In this document: in pieces, positions 55,259 through 64,000 of the stretch | Position numbering within the stretch: the stretch's first letter is position 1 | Layout: every line of letters starts with the position of its first letter | DNA from: an uncultured Chthonomonadaceae bacterium | GTDB taxonomy: Bacteria; Armatimonadota; Chthonomonadetes; Chthonomonadales; Chthonomonadaceae | DNA: 64,000 nt | Reading direction: 5' to 3' | Assembly (NCBI GenBank): GCA_963817895.1 | Contig: CAWFQB010000005.1 | Coordinates: forward strand, 64,001-128,000 | Position numbers and translations under genes: made by a program | Notes under the pieces: model-generated | What the model saw: only the letters and a program-made list of their open reading frames with translations | Database searches by the model: none | Told to the model about the DNA's origin: nothing

Positions 55259-56848
55259 ATGAAAATTCTGATTGCCGAAGACGATCCGATTCCGCGCCGT
55301 TTGCTGCAAGCGTCGCTGACGAAAAGCGGCTATGAGGTGGTGACGGCGCGGGATGGAACTGAGGCGTGGGACGCGCTTCAGGCCGAAGACGCGCCAAAAC
55401 TGGCAATTCTCGACTGGCTGATGCCCGGTATGGACGGCGTGGACGTGTGCCGCCGCGTCCGGCAGCGTTCCAACGCGCCTTACGTGTACATTCTGCTGCT
55501 GACCTCCAAAGACAGGAAAGAGGATGTTGTTACAGGTATGGACGCGGGCGCGGACGACTATTTGACCAAGCCGTTCGACCCCCACGAGTTGCAGGTGCGG
55601 CTTCACGCGGGGCAACGGATTCTGGAACTGGAAGCCGCGCTTGTTCGCTCGTTTGCGGAACTGGAACAGGCGCACCGGCGCGAGGGCGAAACCGGAGCCA
55701 AAATCCAGCAAACGCTGCTGCTGGAATCGCCGCCGCGCGAGTTCGCCGGGATGCAGGTCGCCGCGCTTACGATTCCCTCGCAGCAGATTGACGGCGATTT
55801 TTACGACTTTTTCACGCACCCGAACCCGTATCTGGATGTGGTTGTGGGCGATGTGATGGGTAAGGGGATTGCCGCCGCGCTGCTCGGCGCGGCGATAAAA
55901 AGCCAGTTTTTACGCGCCCTGAGTCACCTGCTGGCGGCAGAGCAGGGACGCTTGCCCGAACCGGAAGTGATCGTTTCTCGCGTCCATGAAGCGGTGACGG
56001 GGCAGTTCATCGGGCTGGAATTTTTTGCCACGTTATGCTACGCCCGCTTTGATCCGGCGCAAAAGCAGGTCACGTTCGTAGACTGCGGGCATACCAAAAC
56101 AATTCGCTTCCGGCCCGCTTCCGGCGCGTGTGAAACGCTGGAAGGTGACAACATGCCGCTTGGCGTCAGCGAAAAAGAGGTGTACCGGGAGTCTGTAATC
56201 GCGTGTGAGGCGGGCGACGTATTCTGTTTTTACTCGGATGGCGTGACCGAAGCCCACAATCCACAGGGCGAACAGTTCGGCGCGGACCGCCTGACCGCTA
56301 TCATTCAGCAGAGTGGGCGGGACGGGGCGCAGGAGTTGATAGACGCCATTCATCGCGCCGTCGTCGCGTTTTCGCAATCGGCAAAGTTCGCGGACGACCT
56401 GACCTGTGTTGTCGTGAAAGTGGGCATGGACAATGCGGACTGTGCCACATTAGAAATAGTAAGCGATCTGGCGCAACTGGCGACTGTCCGCGCGTTCGTG
56501 CGAAATTTCTGCATTGAAAGGTCGCAGGGCAGCCCGGATGAGGAGGGCATTGCGCAACTGGAAATAGCCGTCAACGAGGCGTTGAGCAACATCATCCGCC
56601 ACGCCTACACTGGACAGGCCAATCAGCGCATACAAGCGGAGGCTTCCATAACAAATGAGGGCATCGTCATTGAACTGCATCATTACGGCCTGCCTTTCAG
56701 CCCGGACGCCGCGCCCCCGCCGAGTTTCGACGGTTCCCGCGACGGCGGTTTCGGCGTGTACATGATTGCGCAAAGCGTGGATGCCGTATCCTACTCTCAG
56801 GACGCGGACGGACGGAATACGATTCGGCTGGTGAAGGGGATGAGATAG
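55259..56848 (+). CDS. REC + SpoIIE/PP2C phosphatase + RsbW-like HATPase fusion
   Basis: AEDD/LDW REC; DGDFYDF, GDVMGKG, YSDGVTE, DDLT; EALSNIIRHAY, GGFG. Confidence 0.9.
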   Translation: MKILIAEDDPIPRRLLQASLTKSGYEVVTARDGTEAWDALQAEDAPKLAILDWLMPGMDGVDVCRRVRQRSNAPYVYILLLTSKDRKEDVVTGMDAGADDYLTKPFDPHELQVRLHAGQRILELEAALVRSFAELEQAHRREGETGAKIQQTLLLESPPREFAGMQVAALTIPSQQIDGDFYDFFTHPNPYLDVVVGDVMGKGIAAALLGAAIKSQFLRALSHLLAAEQGRLPEPEVIVSRVHEAVTGQFIGLEFFATLCYARFDPAQKQVTFVDCGHTKTIRFRPASGACETLEGDNMPLGVSEKEVYRESVIACEAGDVFCFYSDGVTEAHNPQGEQFGADRLTAIIQQSGRDGAQELIDAIHRAVVAFSQSAKFADDLTCVVVKVGMDNADCATLEIVSDLAQLATVRAFVRNFCIERSQGSPDEEGIAQLEIAVNEALSNIIRHAYTGQANQRIQAEASITNEGIVIELHHYGLPFSPDAAPPPSFDGSRDGGFGVYMIAQSVDAVSYSQDADGRNTIRLVKGMR

Positions 56849-56958
56849 GTCGGTATTCGGTGTTCGGTGTTGGGTGTTCGGTAAATACACAATTCAAAGA
56901 CTTACATCGTATGGTATAGGCATTAGCCGAATACCCAACACCGAACACCGAATACCGA
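56849..56958. repeat. Inverted tandem-repeat element, 7-bp unit CGGTGTT
   Basis: TCGGTATTCGGTGTTCGGTGTTGGG...CCCAACACCGAACACCGAATACCGA. Confidence 0.9.
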
Positions 56959-56974
56959 TGAAAGGACTAAAAAT

Positions 56975-57313
56975 ATGGAACTGGCAAAAGAGCAAGAGGG
57001 CGAAGTCGTGATTGTCACGCCGCAGGGGGAGTTTCTGGACGCGAGCAATGCGGAGCAATTCAAGCGGGACAGCGCGGCGTTGCTGGCAGGCAGTGCGCGC
57101 GTCGTGTTCGACATGAGCCGACTGCAATTTGTAGACAGCGCGGGGTTGGGCGCGTTGCTGTCGTGTATGCGCAAACTCAGCGGCGCGGGCGGCGACTTGA
57201 AACTGATCGGGCTTACCAAACCGGTACGCGCCACCTTTGAAGTCTCGCGGATGCACCGTATTTTCGACATTTACACGTCAAAAGAAGAAGCTGTCAAAGC
57301 GTTTGAAGCCTAA
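56975..57313 (+). CDS. STAS domain anti-sigma-factor antagonist
   Basis: LDASN, FVDSAGLGAL phospho-Ser motif. Confidence 0.92.
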   Translation: MELAKEQEGEVVIVTPQGEFLDASNAEQFKRDSAALLAGSARVVFDMSRLQFVDSAGLGALLSCMRKLSGAGGDLKLIGLTKPVRATFEVSRMHRIFDIYTSKEEAVKAFEA

Positions 57314-57352
57314 TATTATCAAGTTAATTTGTATCGCGAGAGGAAAAACACA

Positions 57353-58981
57353 ATGGCATCGGACGCTGAAACCCCTCACTCTTTTTCTGACGCTGACATG
57401 TCGCCTGCTGACAGCATATTGGAGGGAATGGACGCGCTGACGCCGCTTATGGAGCGACCGGAACAGCCCTGCGCGTTCATCATTTTCGGCGCGAGCGGGG
57501 ATTTGACGAGCCGTAAACTGATTCCCGCGCTGTACAATCTTTCCTGTCAGGATTTGCTGCCGCCCGGTTTCGCCATTGTCGGGTTCGCGATTACCGCGTG
57601 GGATGATGAGAGTTTTCGCAGTCAGATGCGGCAATGGGTGAAGGACTCGCCCGAAGTGCTGGCGTTTCGGCCCAAATTGTGGGAGGAGTTCGCGCCCCTG
57701 CTGCATTATGTTTCGGGCAATTTCGAGAGTCCTGAAGGCTACGAAAAGCTGAACGCGCGACTGAATGAACTGGATCAGGAACACGGCTGCGGCGGCAATC
57801 GCGTGTTTTATCTCGCCACATCGCCCACCTTCTACGCGCCTATTGTCGCCAATCTGGACAGGCACAAACTTTCCGGCAGGGAAACGGCAAGCGGCTGGAC
57901 GCGCGTTGTCGTGGAAAAACCGTTCGGGCGCGATCTGCTGTCCGCGCAGGAGTTGAATATTCGCCTGCACGACGTTTTTAGAGAAGAGCAGATTTACCGC
58001 ATTGACCACTATTTAGGCAAGGAAACGGTTCAGAACATCCTCGCGTTTCGCTTCGCCAATTCTATCATCGAACCCATCTGGAACCACCGCTATATTGACC
58101 ACGTTCAGATAACGGCTGCGGAAACGCTGGGCGTGGAGCATCGGGGCGGGTACTATGACCAGTCCGGCTGTCTGCGCGACATGTTTCAAAACCACTTGTT
58201 TCAATTGATGTCCCTCGTTGCTATGGAACCGCCCGTGCGCTATGCGGGGCAGTCCGTGCGCGACCGCAAGGCCGATGTGCTGCGCGCGGTTGTTCCCGTC
58301 AATCCTGAAAGGCTCGCGTTATCCGCTGTGCGCGGGCAGTATGGGCCGGGGAGAGTGGACGGCATAGCCGTACCCGGCTATCGCGAAGAACCGGACATCG
58401 CGCCCAATTCCCGAACGGAAACCTACGCCGCCCTGAAACTGCGCATTGACAACTGGCGGTGGGCGGACGTGCCGTTCTACATCCGTTCCGGTAAGCGGAT
58501 GCCTAAAAAATTGACGCTGATCGCCATCGAATTCAAGCGCGTGCCGCACATGTTCTTTCCGAGCAAACAGCAGGGCAATCTGGAGCCGAACGTGCTGATG
58601 ATTAAAATTCAGCCGGACGAGGGCATTTCGCTGAAACTGGGAGCCAAAATGCCGGGTTCCAAAATGTTCGTGCGGCAGATGCAGATGGAATTTTCCTATG
58701 GCGCGTCGTTCGGCGAATTTCCCGCGACGGCGTATGAAACCCTGCTGTTAGACGCGATGGAGGGCGACCCGACCCTGTTCAATCGCAGCGATGCGGTAGA
58801 ACTGGCGTGGGATATTCTCTCGCCCATTCAGGAAACGTGGCAGGCGACTCGCGCGACCACGCTTCCTAACTATGCGGCGGGAACCTGGGGGCCAGATACT
58901 TCTACCGCCCTGCTTGCCGAAGCCGGACACGTCTGGAAAAACAACTCGGCATTGCCGCGTTTCCAGATGACCGGCGGGTAG
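57353..58981 (+). CDS. zwf: Glucose-6-phosphate 1-dehydrogenase
   Basis: GASGDL, EKPFG, RIDHYLGKE, RDMFQNHL. Confidence 0.97.
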   Translation: MASDAETPHSFSDADMSPADSILEGMDALTPLMERPEQPCAFIIFGASGDLTSRKLIPALYNLSCQDLLPPGFAIVGFAITAWDDESFRSQMRQWVKDSPEVLAFRPKLWEEFAPLLHYVSGNFESPEGYEKLNARLNELDQEHGCGGNRVFYLATSPTFYAPIVANLDRHKLSGRETASGWTRVVVEKPFGRDLLSAQELNIRLHDVFREEQIYRIDHYLGKETVQNILAFRFANSIIEPIWNHRYIDHVQITAAETLGVEHRGGYYDQSGCLRDMFQNHLFQLMSLVAMEPPVRYAGQSVRDRKADVLRAVVPVNPERLALSAVRGQYGPGRVDGIAVPGYREEPDIAPNSRTETYAALKLRIDNWRWADVPFYIRSGKRMPKKLTLIAIEFKRVPHMFFPSKQQGNLEPNVLMIKIQPDEGISLKLGAKMPGSKMFVRQMQMEFSYGASFGEFPATAYETLLLDAMEGDPTLFNRSDAVELAWDILSPIQETWQATRATTLPNYAAGTWGPDTSTALLAEAGHVWKNNSALPRFQMTGG

Positions 58982-58986
58982 GAGAG

Positions 58987-59598
58987 TTACGGCTTGCTGC
59001 TGTTGCTGCTTGCCTTTGTCGGCGAAGGCATTATGGCGGAAACCGTTCCGTTTTTATCGAAATCCTTGCCAAATGCAATCTGCGCTGTACCTGTCGCGCC
59101 GGAAACGCCCGGTACGGCAATCGTCGGGGGAGAACTGTAACCGGAGCCGCCAGCGGTAACTACGTATTTCGTAACTACGCCATCCTTGATTACGGCATAA
59201 GCGGTTGCGGGTTTTATGGGCCAGATTTCATTGCGGCTGCGAACGTAACGATAATAGTTGGATACCGTATCCAACCGCTCATTGGTAACGCCGTACCGGC
59301 GAAGCGCGTTCATCAGCGCGGCCTTGTTGTCGCGGGCCTGCTGCGGGTCCGGCTGCGTTCCCGCCGGGGCCGGATGAACATGGCTGAACGCCTCTCGGAA
59401 CACCTCTGAAGGGACGCCAAGCGCGGCGGCAATCAGAATCACGGGCCGGCCCCGATCTTTCCCCTCTGTCTCATGCCCCCCTGAAAAGACGACCGGTGTT
59501 TGTGTCGTGGCGGGGCTTTTTTCGGTTTGCCCTTTGGCGGTTCCCACAGCAAGCAAGGCGAGGAGAACAAAGAGTAATCGCGCTCGAAACGGTTTCAT
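58987..59598 (-). CDS. Secreted hypothetical protein
   Basis: Signal peptide; GGSGYSSPPTI beta motif; AAGGA RBS. Confidence 0.7.
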   Translation of the reverse strand: MKPFRARLLFVLLALLAVGTAKGQTEKSPATTQTPVVFSGGHETEGKDRGRPVILIAAALGVPSEVFREAFSHVHPAPAGTQPDPQQARDNKAALMNALRRYGVTNERLDTVSNYYRYVRSRNEIWPIKPATAYAVIKDGVVTKYVVTAGGSGYSSPPTIAVPGVSGATGTAQIAFGKDFDKNGTVSAIMPSPTKASSNSSKP

Positions 59599-59734
59599 AC
59601 AGGTATCCTTTCATATCGTGGAAGGCGCGTTCGGGTTATGGACGCAGAGAAAGTGTTCAGATCGTTCCTGAATGTCATAGTAACACGACGAGATGAAAAT
59701 AGGATGAAAGAAGGGGATATTTTTGTCGCAAAAC

Positions 59735-59769
59735 GAACCGGCTTCTCATAGAGCATGAGAAGCCGGTTC
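59735..59769. terminator. Perfect 15-bp hairpin
   Basis: GAACCGGCTTCTCAT-AGAGC-ATGAGAAGCCGGTTC. Confidence 0.6.
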
Positions 59770-59832
59770 GGGAATGAAAAAATAAGAGCGGGAACGTAGA
59801 TACAGCAGGAACAGAACAGGAACAGAAACGCA

Positions 59833-60243
59833 TCAGGAGTGTGTCACCGCAAGGCGAGATTGAATCGGAAACAGGAGCGATCTTGACATGTTCGCGGAGG
59901 AAGATTCTTCCGGTGAAGAATAAGAAACCTCCTGCAAAGCGGCTTGTTCGCACAGCGCGTGATAGTGCGATGTCAGCGCGGGACGCCGTTTGCGCAATTC
60001 CGCAAGATGCTTTTCACACAGGTATTCTTCCACATCGGGTACGTTGAGGAAGACGGGAGAGAGTTGCCAGCAGGCGTGAGCAGAACAGCCGATCACGCCA
60101 CAGGGTTGGTGGTGCGTCAAATGGGTAGTGCCTTTCGAGTTCACGAGAAAACAGTGGTTCGTGACGCTACAGGACGACAGGGTTCGGGCAGGCGAAAGCG
60201 GCTTCAAAACCGTCCGGGTACTTCGTGGTAGGGGAGGATACAA
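59833..60243 (-). CDS. Possible small Cys/His protein (start uncertain)
   Basis: CGVIGC...LCEKH pattern; ends upstream of the hairpin. Confidence 0.3.
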   Translation of the reverse strand: MYPPLPRSTRTVLKPLSPARTLSSCSVTNHCFLVNSKGTTHLTHHQPCGVIGCSAHACWQLSPVFLNVPDVEEYLCEKHLAELRKRRPALTSHYHALCEQAALQEVSYSSPEESSSANMSRSLLFPIQSRLAVTHS

Positions 60244-60375
60244 ACATTATAACACGAAAATCTGGAACTCTTGATACTATTTTCGGAAACCCCGCAATCC
60301 AAAATCAGGGAAATATGGAAATCAGTGAAGAGCTGCAACGCGCGGCGGAAGGAATTAATGTATTCAGGAGAAACA

Positions 60376-61419
60376 ATGCGTGATTTAACGACAGACTTCC
60401 CCGGCTATGAAGGGTTTCTGCGTGACTTGAAACAGCGTATTCAGGCCGCGCAGATCAAGGCGGCAGTGGCCGTCAACAGCGAACTGGTTCTGCTGTACTC
60501 CTGCATTGGGCGTGATATTCTGGCGCGGCAAGCCGAGCAGGGATGGGGAGCCAAAGTAATCAACCGGCTTTCTGCCGACCTTCAGCGAGAGTTTCCAGAG
60601 ATGAAAGGCTTCTCGCCGCGCAACCTCGTTTATATGCAAACGCTGGCAGGCGCTTACTCCGAAGCATTTACGCAACAGGCTGTTGCGCGAATTCCCTGGG
60701 GCCATAACTGTACTATTTTGGACAAAGTCACGGGACCGGCAGAACGGGAATGGTACGTCCGCGCGGTGATGGAGTACGGCTGGAGCCGCAACGTTCTGGC
60801 GCATCAGATTGAGACAAAACTGCGCGAACGGCAGGGAAAAGCGATCACCAACTTCGAGCGCACACTGCCCGCCCCGCAGTCTAATTTGGCGCAACAGGTA
60901 TTAAAAGACCCATTCAATTTCGATTTTCTGACGCTCCATAAGGACGCCCGCGAACGGGAATTGCAGGACGGCCTTGTAAACCATGTTCGGCAGTTTTTGC
61001 TGGAGTTGGGAAAGGGTTTTGCGTTTGTCGGCAGTCCGTATCGCCTGACGGTGGGCGGCGACGAGTTTGAAATTGATCTGCTGTTTTATCACCTGCATCT
61101 GCGCTGTTACGTCGTCATTGACCTGAAAATTGGGAAGTTCTCGCCGGAGGACGCCGGACAGATGAACTTCTATTTGTCGGCGGCGGATGATCTGCTTCGG
61201 CACGGGGACGACGCGCCCAGTATCGGCCTCATTTTGTGCAAATCGAAAAACGAAGTAGTCGCGGAGTACGCGCTGCGGGACGTGAACAAGCCGATAGGGA
61301 TAGCCACCCATCTGACGCGCGAGATTGAGGCGTCGCTGCCGCAGGAATTTCAATATAGCCTGCCAACCGTCGAAGAGATTGAGGCGGAACTGGCGACAAA
61401 TGAAATGAAAGCGGGGTGA
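60376..61419 (+). CDS. YhcG/DUF1016 PD-(D/E)xK nuclease family protein
   Basis: GFSPRNL, KDPFNFDFL, LELGKGFAF, IDLLFY, IDLK, GQMNFY. Confidence 0.92.
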   Translation: MRDLTTDFPGYEGFLRDLKQRIQAAQIKAAVAVNSELVLLYSCIGRDILARQAEQGWGAKVINRLSADLQREFPEMKGFSPRNLVYMQTLAGAYSEAFTQQAVARIPWGHNCTILDKVTGPAEREWYVRAVMEYGWSRNVLAHQIETKLRERQGKAITNFERTLPAPQSNLAQQVLKDPFNFDFLTLHKDARERELQDGLVNHVRQFLLELGKGFAFVGSPYRLTVGGDEFEIDLLFYHLHLRCYVVIDLKIGKFSPEDAGQMNFYLSAADDLLRHGDDAPSIGLILCKSKNEVVAEYALRDVNKPIGIATHLTREIEASLPQEFQYSLPTVEEIEAELATNEMKAG

Positions 61420-61684
61420 ACACGCCTGCGAAGGAAAAGAATTGCGCATCACCATCGCAATTTGTGGGTTAAATATTATTTGAAATTTACTGCAAAAGCA
61501 GGAATATGGTGTTCGAGGGCGAATAATCCCTCTGTCATTGCGGTATTTTCCGCATACATGACTACTTGTGCCGCAAAGAATCCTGCTTCTGAGGCAGAAT
61601 TCTAAGTTGTGCTAATGCGCGTAACTTTATGCCGGGGCCAGTAGTTTGCGCTATGATTTTTCTTAAATCGGACGATACTTTCAC

Positions 61685-62185
61685 ATGAACATTCCTATTC
61701 CTGTATGGGTCGCAATTGTAGGGGCTGCTTCTGCTATAGTTGTGGCTCTTATTCAACGGGGTAAAAATAAGGATGCCCCGGCTTCTGCTCAGGCTCAGGT
61801 TCAAATCCATCGGGTTCAGGGGAAGATTGAGGAGCCAAAGCCGGATGAGGTTGTAACAAGAAGAATCGAATGCTCTGGCTCTGCATCTGACCTCTCTTCG
61901 GGGCTGCATCTATGGTTGGTCGTAGAAGTGAACGGTTTAATTTGGCCTAAAGAGGGCGAAGTTACTGTGGACGGTAATGGTCAATGGTCAAAGACCATTT
62001 TTGAAGATGGGGCCATTGATAAGTTTTCAATATCCTTGCTTGTGGCTAATAAGGATGCTCACAAAGCTGTTGAGCAATGGTTTCAGCAGGGACAACGAAC
62101 CGGACAATATGAGAGACTTGCAAAAATATTCGGAACACAGCGTATAGACCGAGTAGATGGTCTCTGTCTGAGAAACAGGTGTTGA
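61685..62185 (+). CDS. Cassette-borne hypothetical protein, N-terminal TM plus beta-rich domain
   Basis: 166-aa ORF, visibly lower GC than its flanks. Confidence 0.7.
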   Translation: MNIPIPVWVAIVGAASAIVVALIQRGKNKDAPASAQAQVQIHRVQGKIEEPKPDEVVTRRIECSGSASDLSSGLHLWLVVEVNGLIWPKEGEVTVDGNGQWSKTIFEDGAIDKFSISLLVANKDAHKAVEQWFQQGQRTGQYERLAKIFGTQRIDRVDGLCLRNRC

Positions 62186-62204
62186 TTAAGGCAGATTAAC
62201 AGCG

Positions 62205-62297
62205 GCACAACAAGGCGCTACACCTGACCGCCTACAGCCCTGCGCTCGTTCCTCGCTGCGTGTCGCTCCGGCTTCCGGCGGCAGGTGAGCTTGCTTG
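62205..62297 (+). other. attC-like recombination site
   Basis: R'' GCACAAC, L'' GCTACAC, stem CACCTG-A-CCGCC/GGCGG-CAGGTG, L' GGTGAGC. R' lacks the TT after G. Confidence 0.75.
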
Positions 62298-62557
62298 GCC
62301 GGGCTCATGTTGATGGGTATGATTGCCGCTGTTGGCTCCGGTGGTTGATGAGGGAACGCGCGCGATTCGCGTTTCCTTTTCTATTTAGCGCTTGCAGAGG
62401 ACAATTCCGCAGCGACAAGGCGCGTTTACGCCTGTAACCTCCACATTACGGCAATTGACTGCGTTTTGCAGTCATCAAGACGCAGCAACTATACGCGGCG
62501 GTTCCGGTATATAACTCACCACATTGCTGTATAATGAGGGCAGGAGGCAAGACGACA

Positions 62558-62870
62558 ATGACCATTACTTTAATACTGGAAACAGAAACGCGGCTGCGTC
62601 AGAAGGCCGAACGGGAAGGGCAGGACATCAACGCTGTTGCTGACACCTTATTATTGATGTGGAAACCGGGGATTACGACATTGAAGATTTAGGGTTGGAA
62701 GCGTCACATCACCTCCACGCCAAACACCTGGATGCCGCGCTTTATGGCATCCGCATTGGCTATAATGTGGCTACAACGTTTGGCGGCTTGATGGAGCGCG
62801 TCACCCGATGATGACAGGAACCGTCTATAATCGGCAGTTGCTTGTTGCGGTTACGCTTCGCCGCCCCGGT
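62558..62870 (+). pseudogene. Degenerate small-gene pair: RHH-like start and DVETGDY..RIGY fragment, then a truncated second gene
   Basis: AGGAGG RBS, frame break near 62655, ATGA coupling at 62808 to MMTGTVYNRQLLVAVTL, which resembles the start of small aspartyl-protease-like partners. Confidence 0.5.
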
Positions 62871-62972
62871 AAGAAAATTAAAGCGGCGAGGAAAGGGCAA
62901 TCTTGCAAATGCCTTTCCCCGCCGCTTTTGACTGCTATCCTGTTGGTATCCGCGTTACAGATCGCTTTGCGC

Positions 62973-63954
62973 TTAACTGCGGGCGGGGGATGTGTCTACC
63001 TGCGTGATTGTCCAGCGGTCATTGACGCGCTCCAGCACGACGCACAGGTATACGGTACGACTCACCCCGCTCTGGTCCTGATAGGAGTGTTTGGCGAATA
63101 CCTGATACACGCCATTCCCTCGCGGGTGGACGCGATACGCGCTGAAATTCGTCGTATGCGCGCTGCGCAGGAAGTCGCGGGTCATGTCCAGATAATCGTT
63201 GGGATTGAGCGAATACTCGTAACGCCCCTTTGCGAAGACCGAGATATTGGCGGCGGGATCGGTCAGCGGAGCCAATAGCGCGATGTCATCGTTGCGGAAC
63301 GCATCCTCCATGTCGTAGACCGCGCGCTTCAAATCCGGGTCGTCGCGCCAGCGTTCGTCTTCGCGGTGGTTCAGATAGTAGTCGTCCCGGCCCTCGCCAT
63401 ACGTCCGGTACTCGCCCCGCGTGTAGATGGGAACATCAATGAACACGCGGCGGGGCGCGGCAATGATGACCGCGCTGCGCTCGATGTAGGGCGGGAAAAT
63501 GCCCACGTAGAAGCTAAACGGCGAAATCACTGTGCGGCCAAAGTCCCGGCCCACCGCGTAGTGCGGGTAGGAGTAGTAGTGATGCGGGAAATAGGCGTCG
63601 AAACGATGGTCGGTATAGGTCGCCCCCCGGCGCAGCGTCACGCCGTTATCGAAGCGGCGGCCCTCATCAGAGTGCGTAAACCGGACATGGCTTTCGTCGC
63701 GCGTTCGGCGGACTTCATCGCGGGTAACATCGTGACGGTCACGAGTAAGCGTTGCCCCGGTCATTGCTTCTATCATTTCCCCTGTCGCCACCTCTGTCGC
63801 GGGTATCATCCCGTCTGTCCCCGCCTCTATCGCGGCCTCTGTCCTGCGCGTGAACGATGGACGGCGCGGCCAGAGAGACGCCAGTTATGCAGGCAAGCGC
63901 AAGGGGCAGCAAAGCCCCGGTTCCGGCGCGGAAGTTTATAGTTTTGTGTCGCAT
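62973..63954 (-). CDS. Secreted protein with R/D/G-rich repeats, frameshift near 63750
   Basis: Signal peptide (VHA-Q) in ORF 63739..63975 continues into ORF 62973..63809. Confidence 0.7.
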
Positions 63955-64000
63955 TGAATTCACCTCTTGATACAAGTTTGGCAGTATGCGCGTCAGGGCG

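Larger units (their letters stand above)
61566..62297 (+). mobile_element. Solitary integron-type gene cassette
   Basis: Starts TTGTGCCGC, the reverse complement of GCGGCACAA at the attC start; holds one AT-richer ORF. Confidence 0.65.

Overview
A 64-kb GC-rich bacterial chromosomal segment. Gene families and repeat style suggest Armatimonadota (inference only). Many genes are split by single-base indels, most simply explained as long-read assembly errors. Housekeeping content: tRNA-Pro(GGG), nnr, glmS, zwf, ybaK, an ABC-F ATPase and an RlmM-like methyltransferase. Signalling: a large FHA/vWA/PP2C/Ser-Thr kinase locus (8.2-18.9 kb) interrupted by toxin-like genes, and a hybrid histidine kinase/partner-switch operon. 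Mobile or selfish elements: a MazEF-type pair, two IS elements, a MITE, REP-like palindromes and a solitary integron-type cassette with an attC site. The most striking unexplained features are three. (1) A ~550-nt non-coding unit at 29.5-30.07 kb, bounded by a promoter-like sequence and a terminator, with ~20 copies of a (C/A)AA(C/T)NNNATA(G/C) motif: a candidate protein-sponge RNA. (2) A repeated Thr-Gln/Arg-Met motif shared by the proteins of the FHA/kinase locus: a candidate phosphothreonine docking code. (3) A family of inverted short-tandem-repeat elements at gene junctions whose repeat units have also entered conserved proteins such as GlmS in frame.
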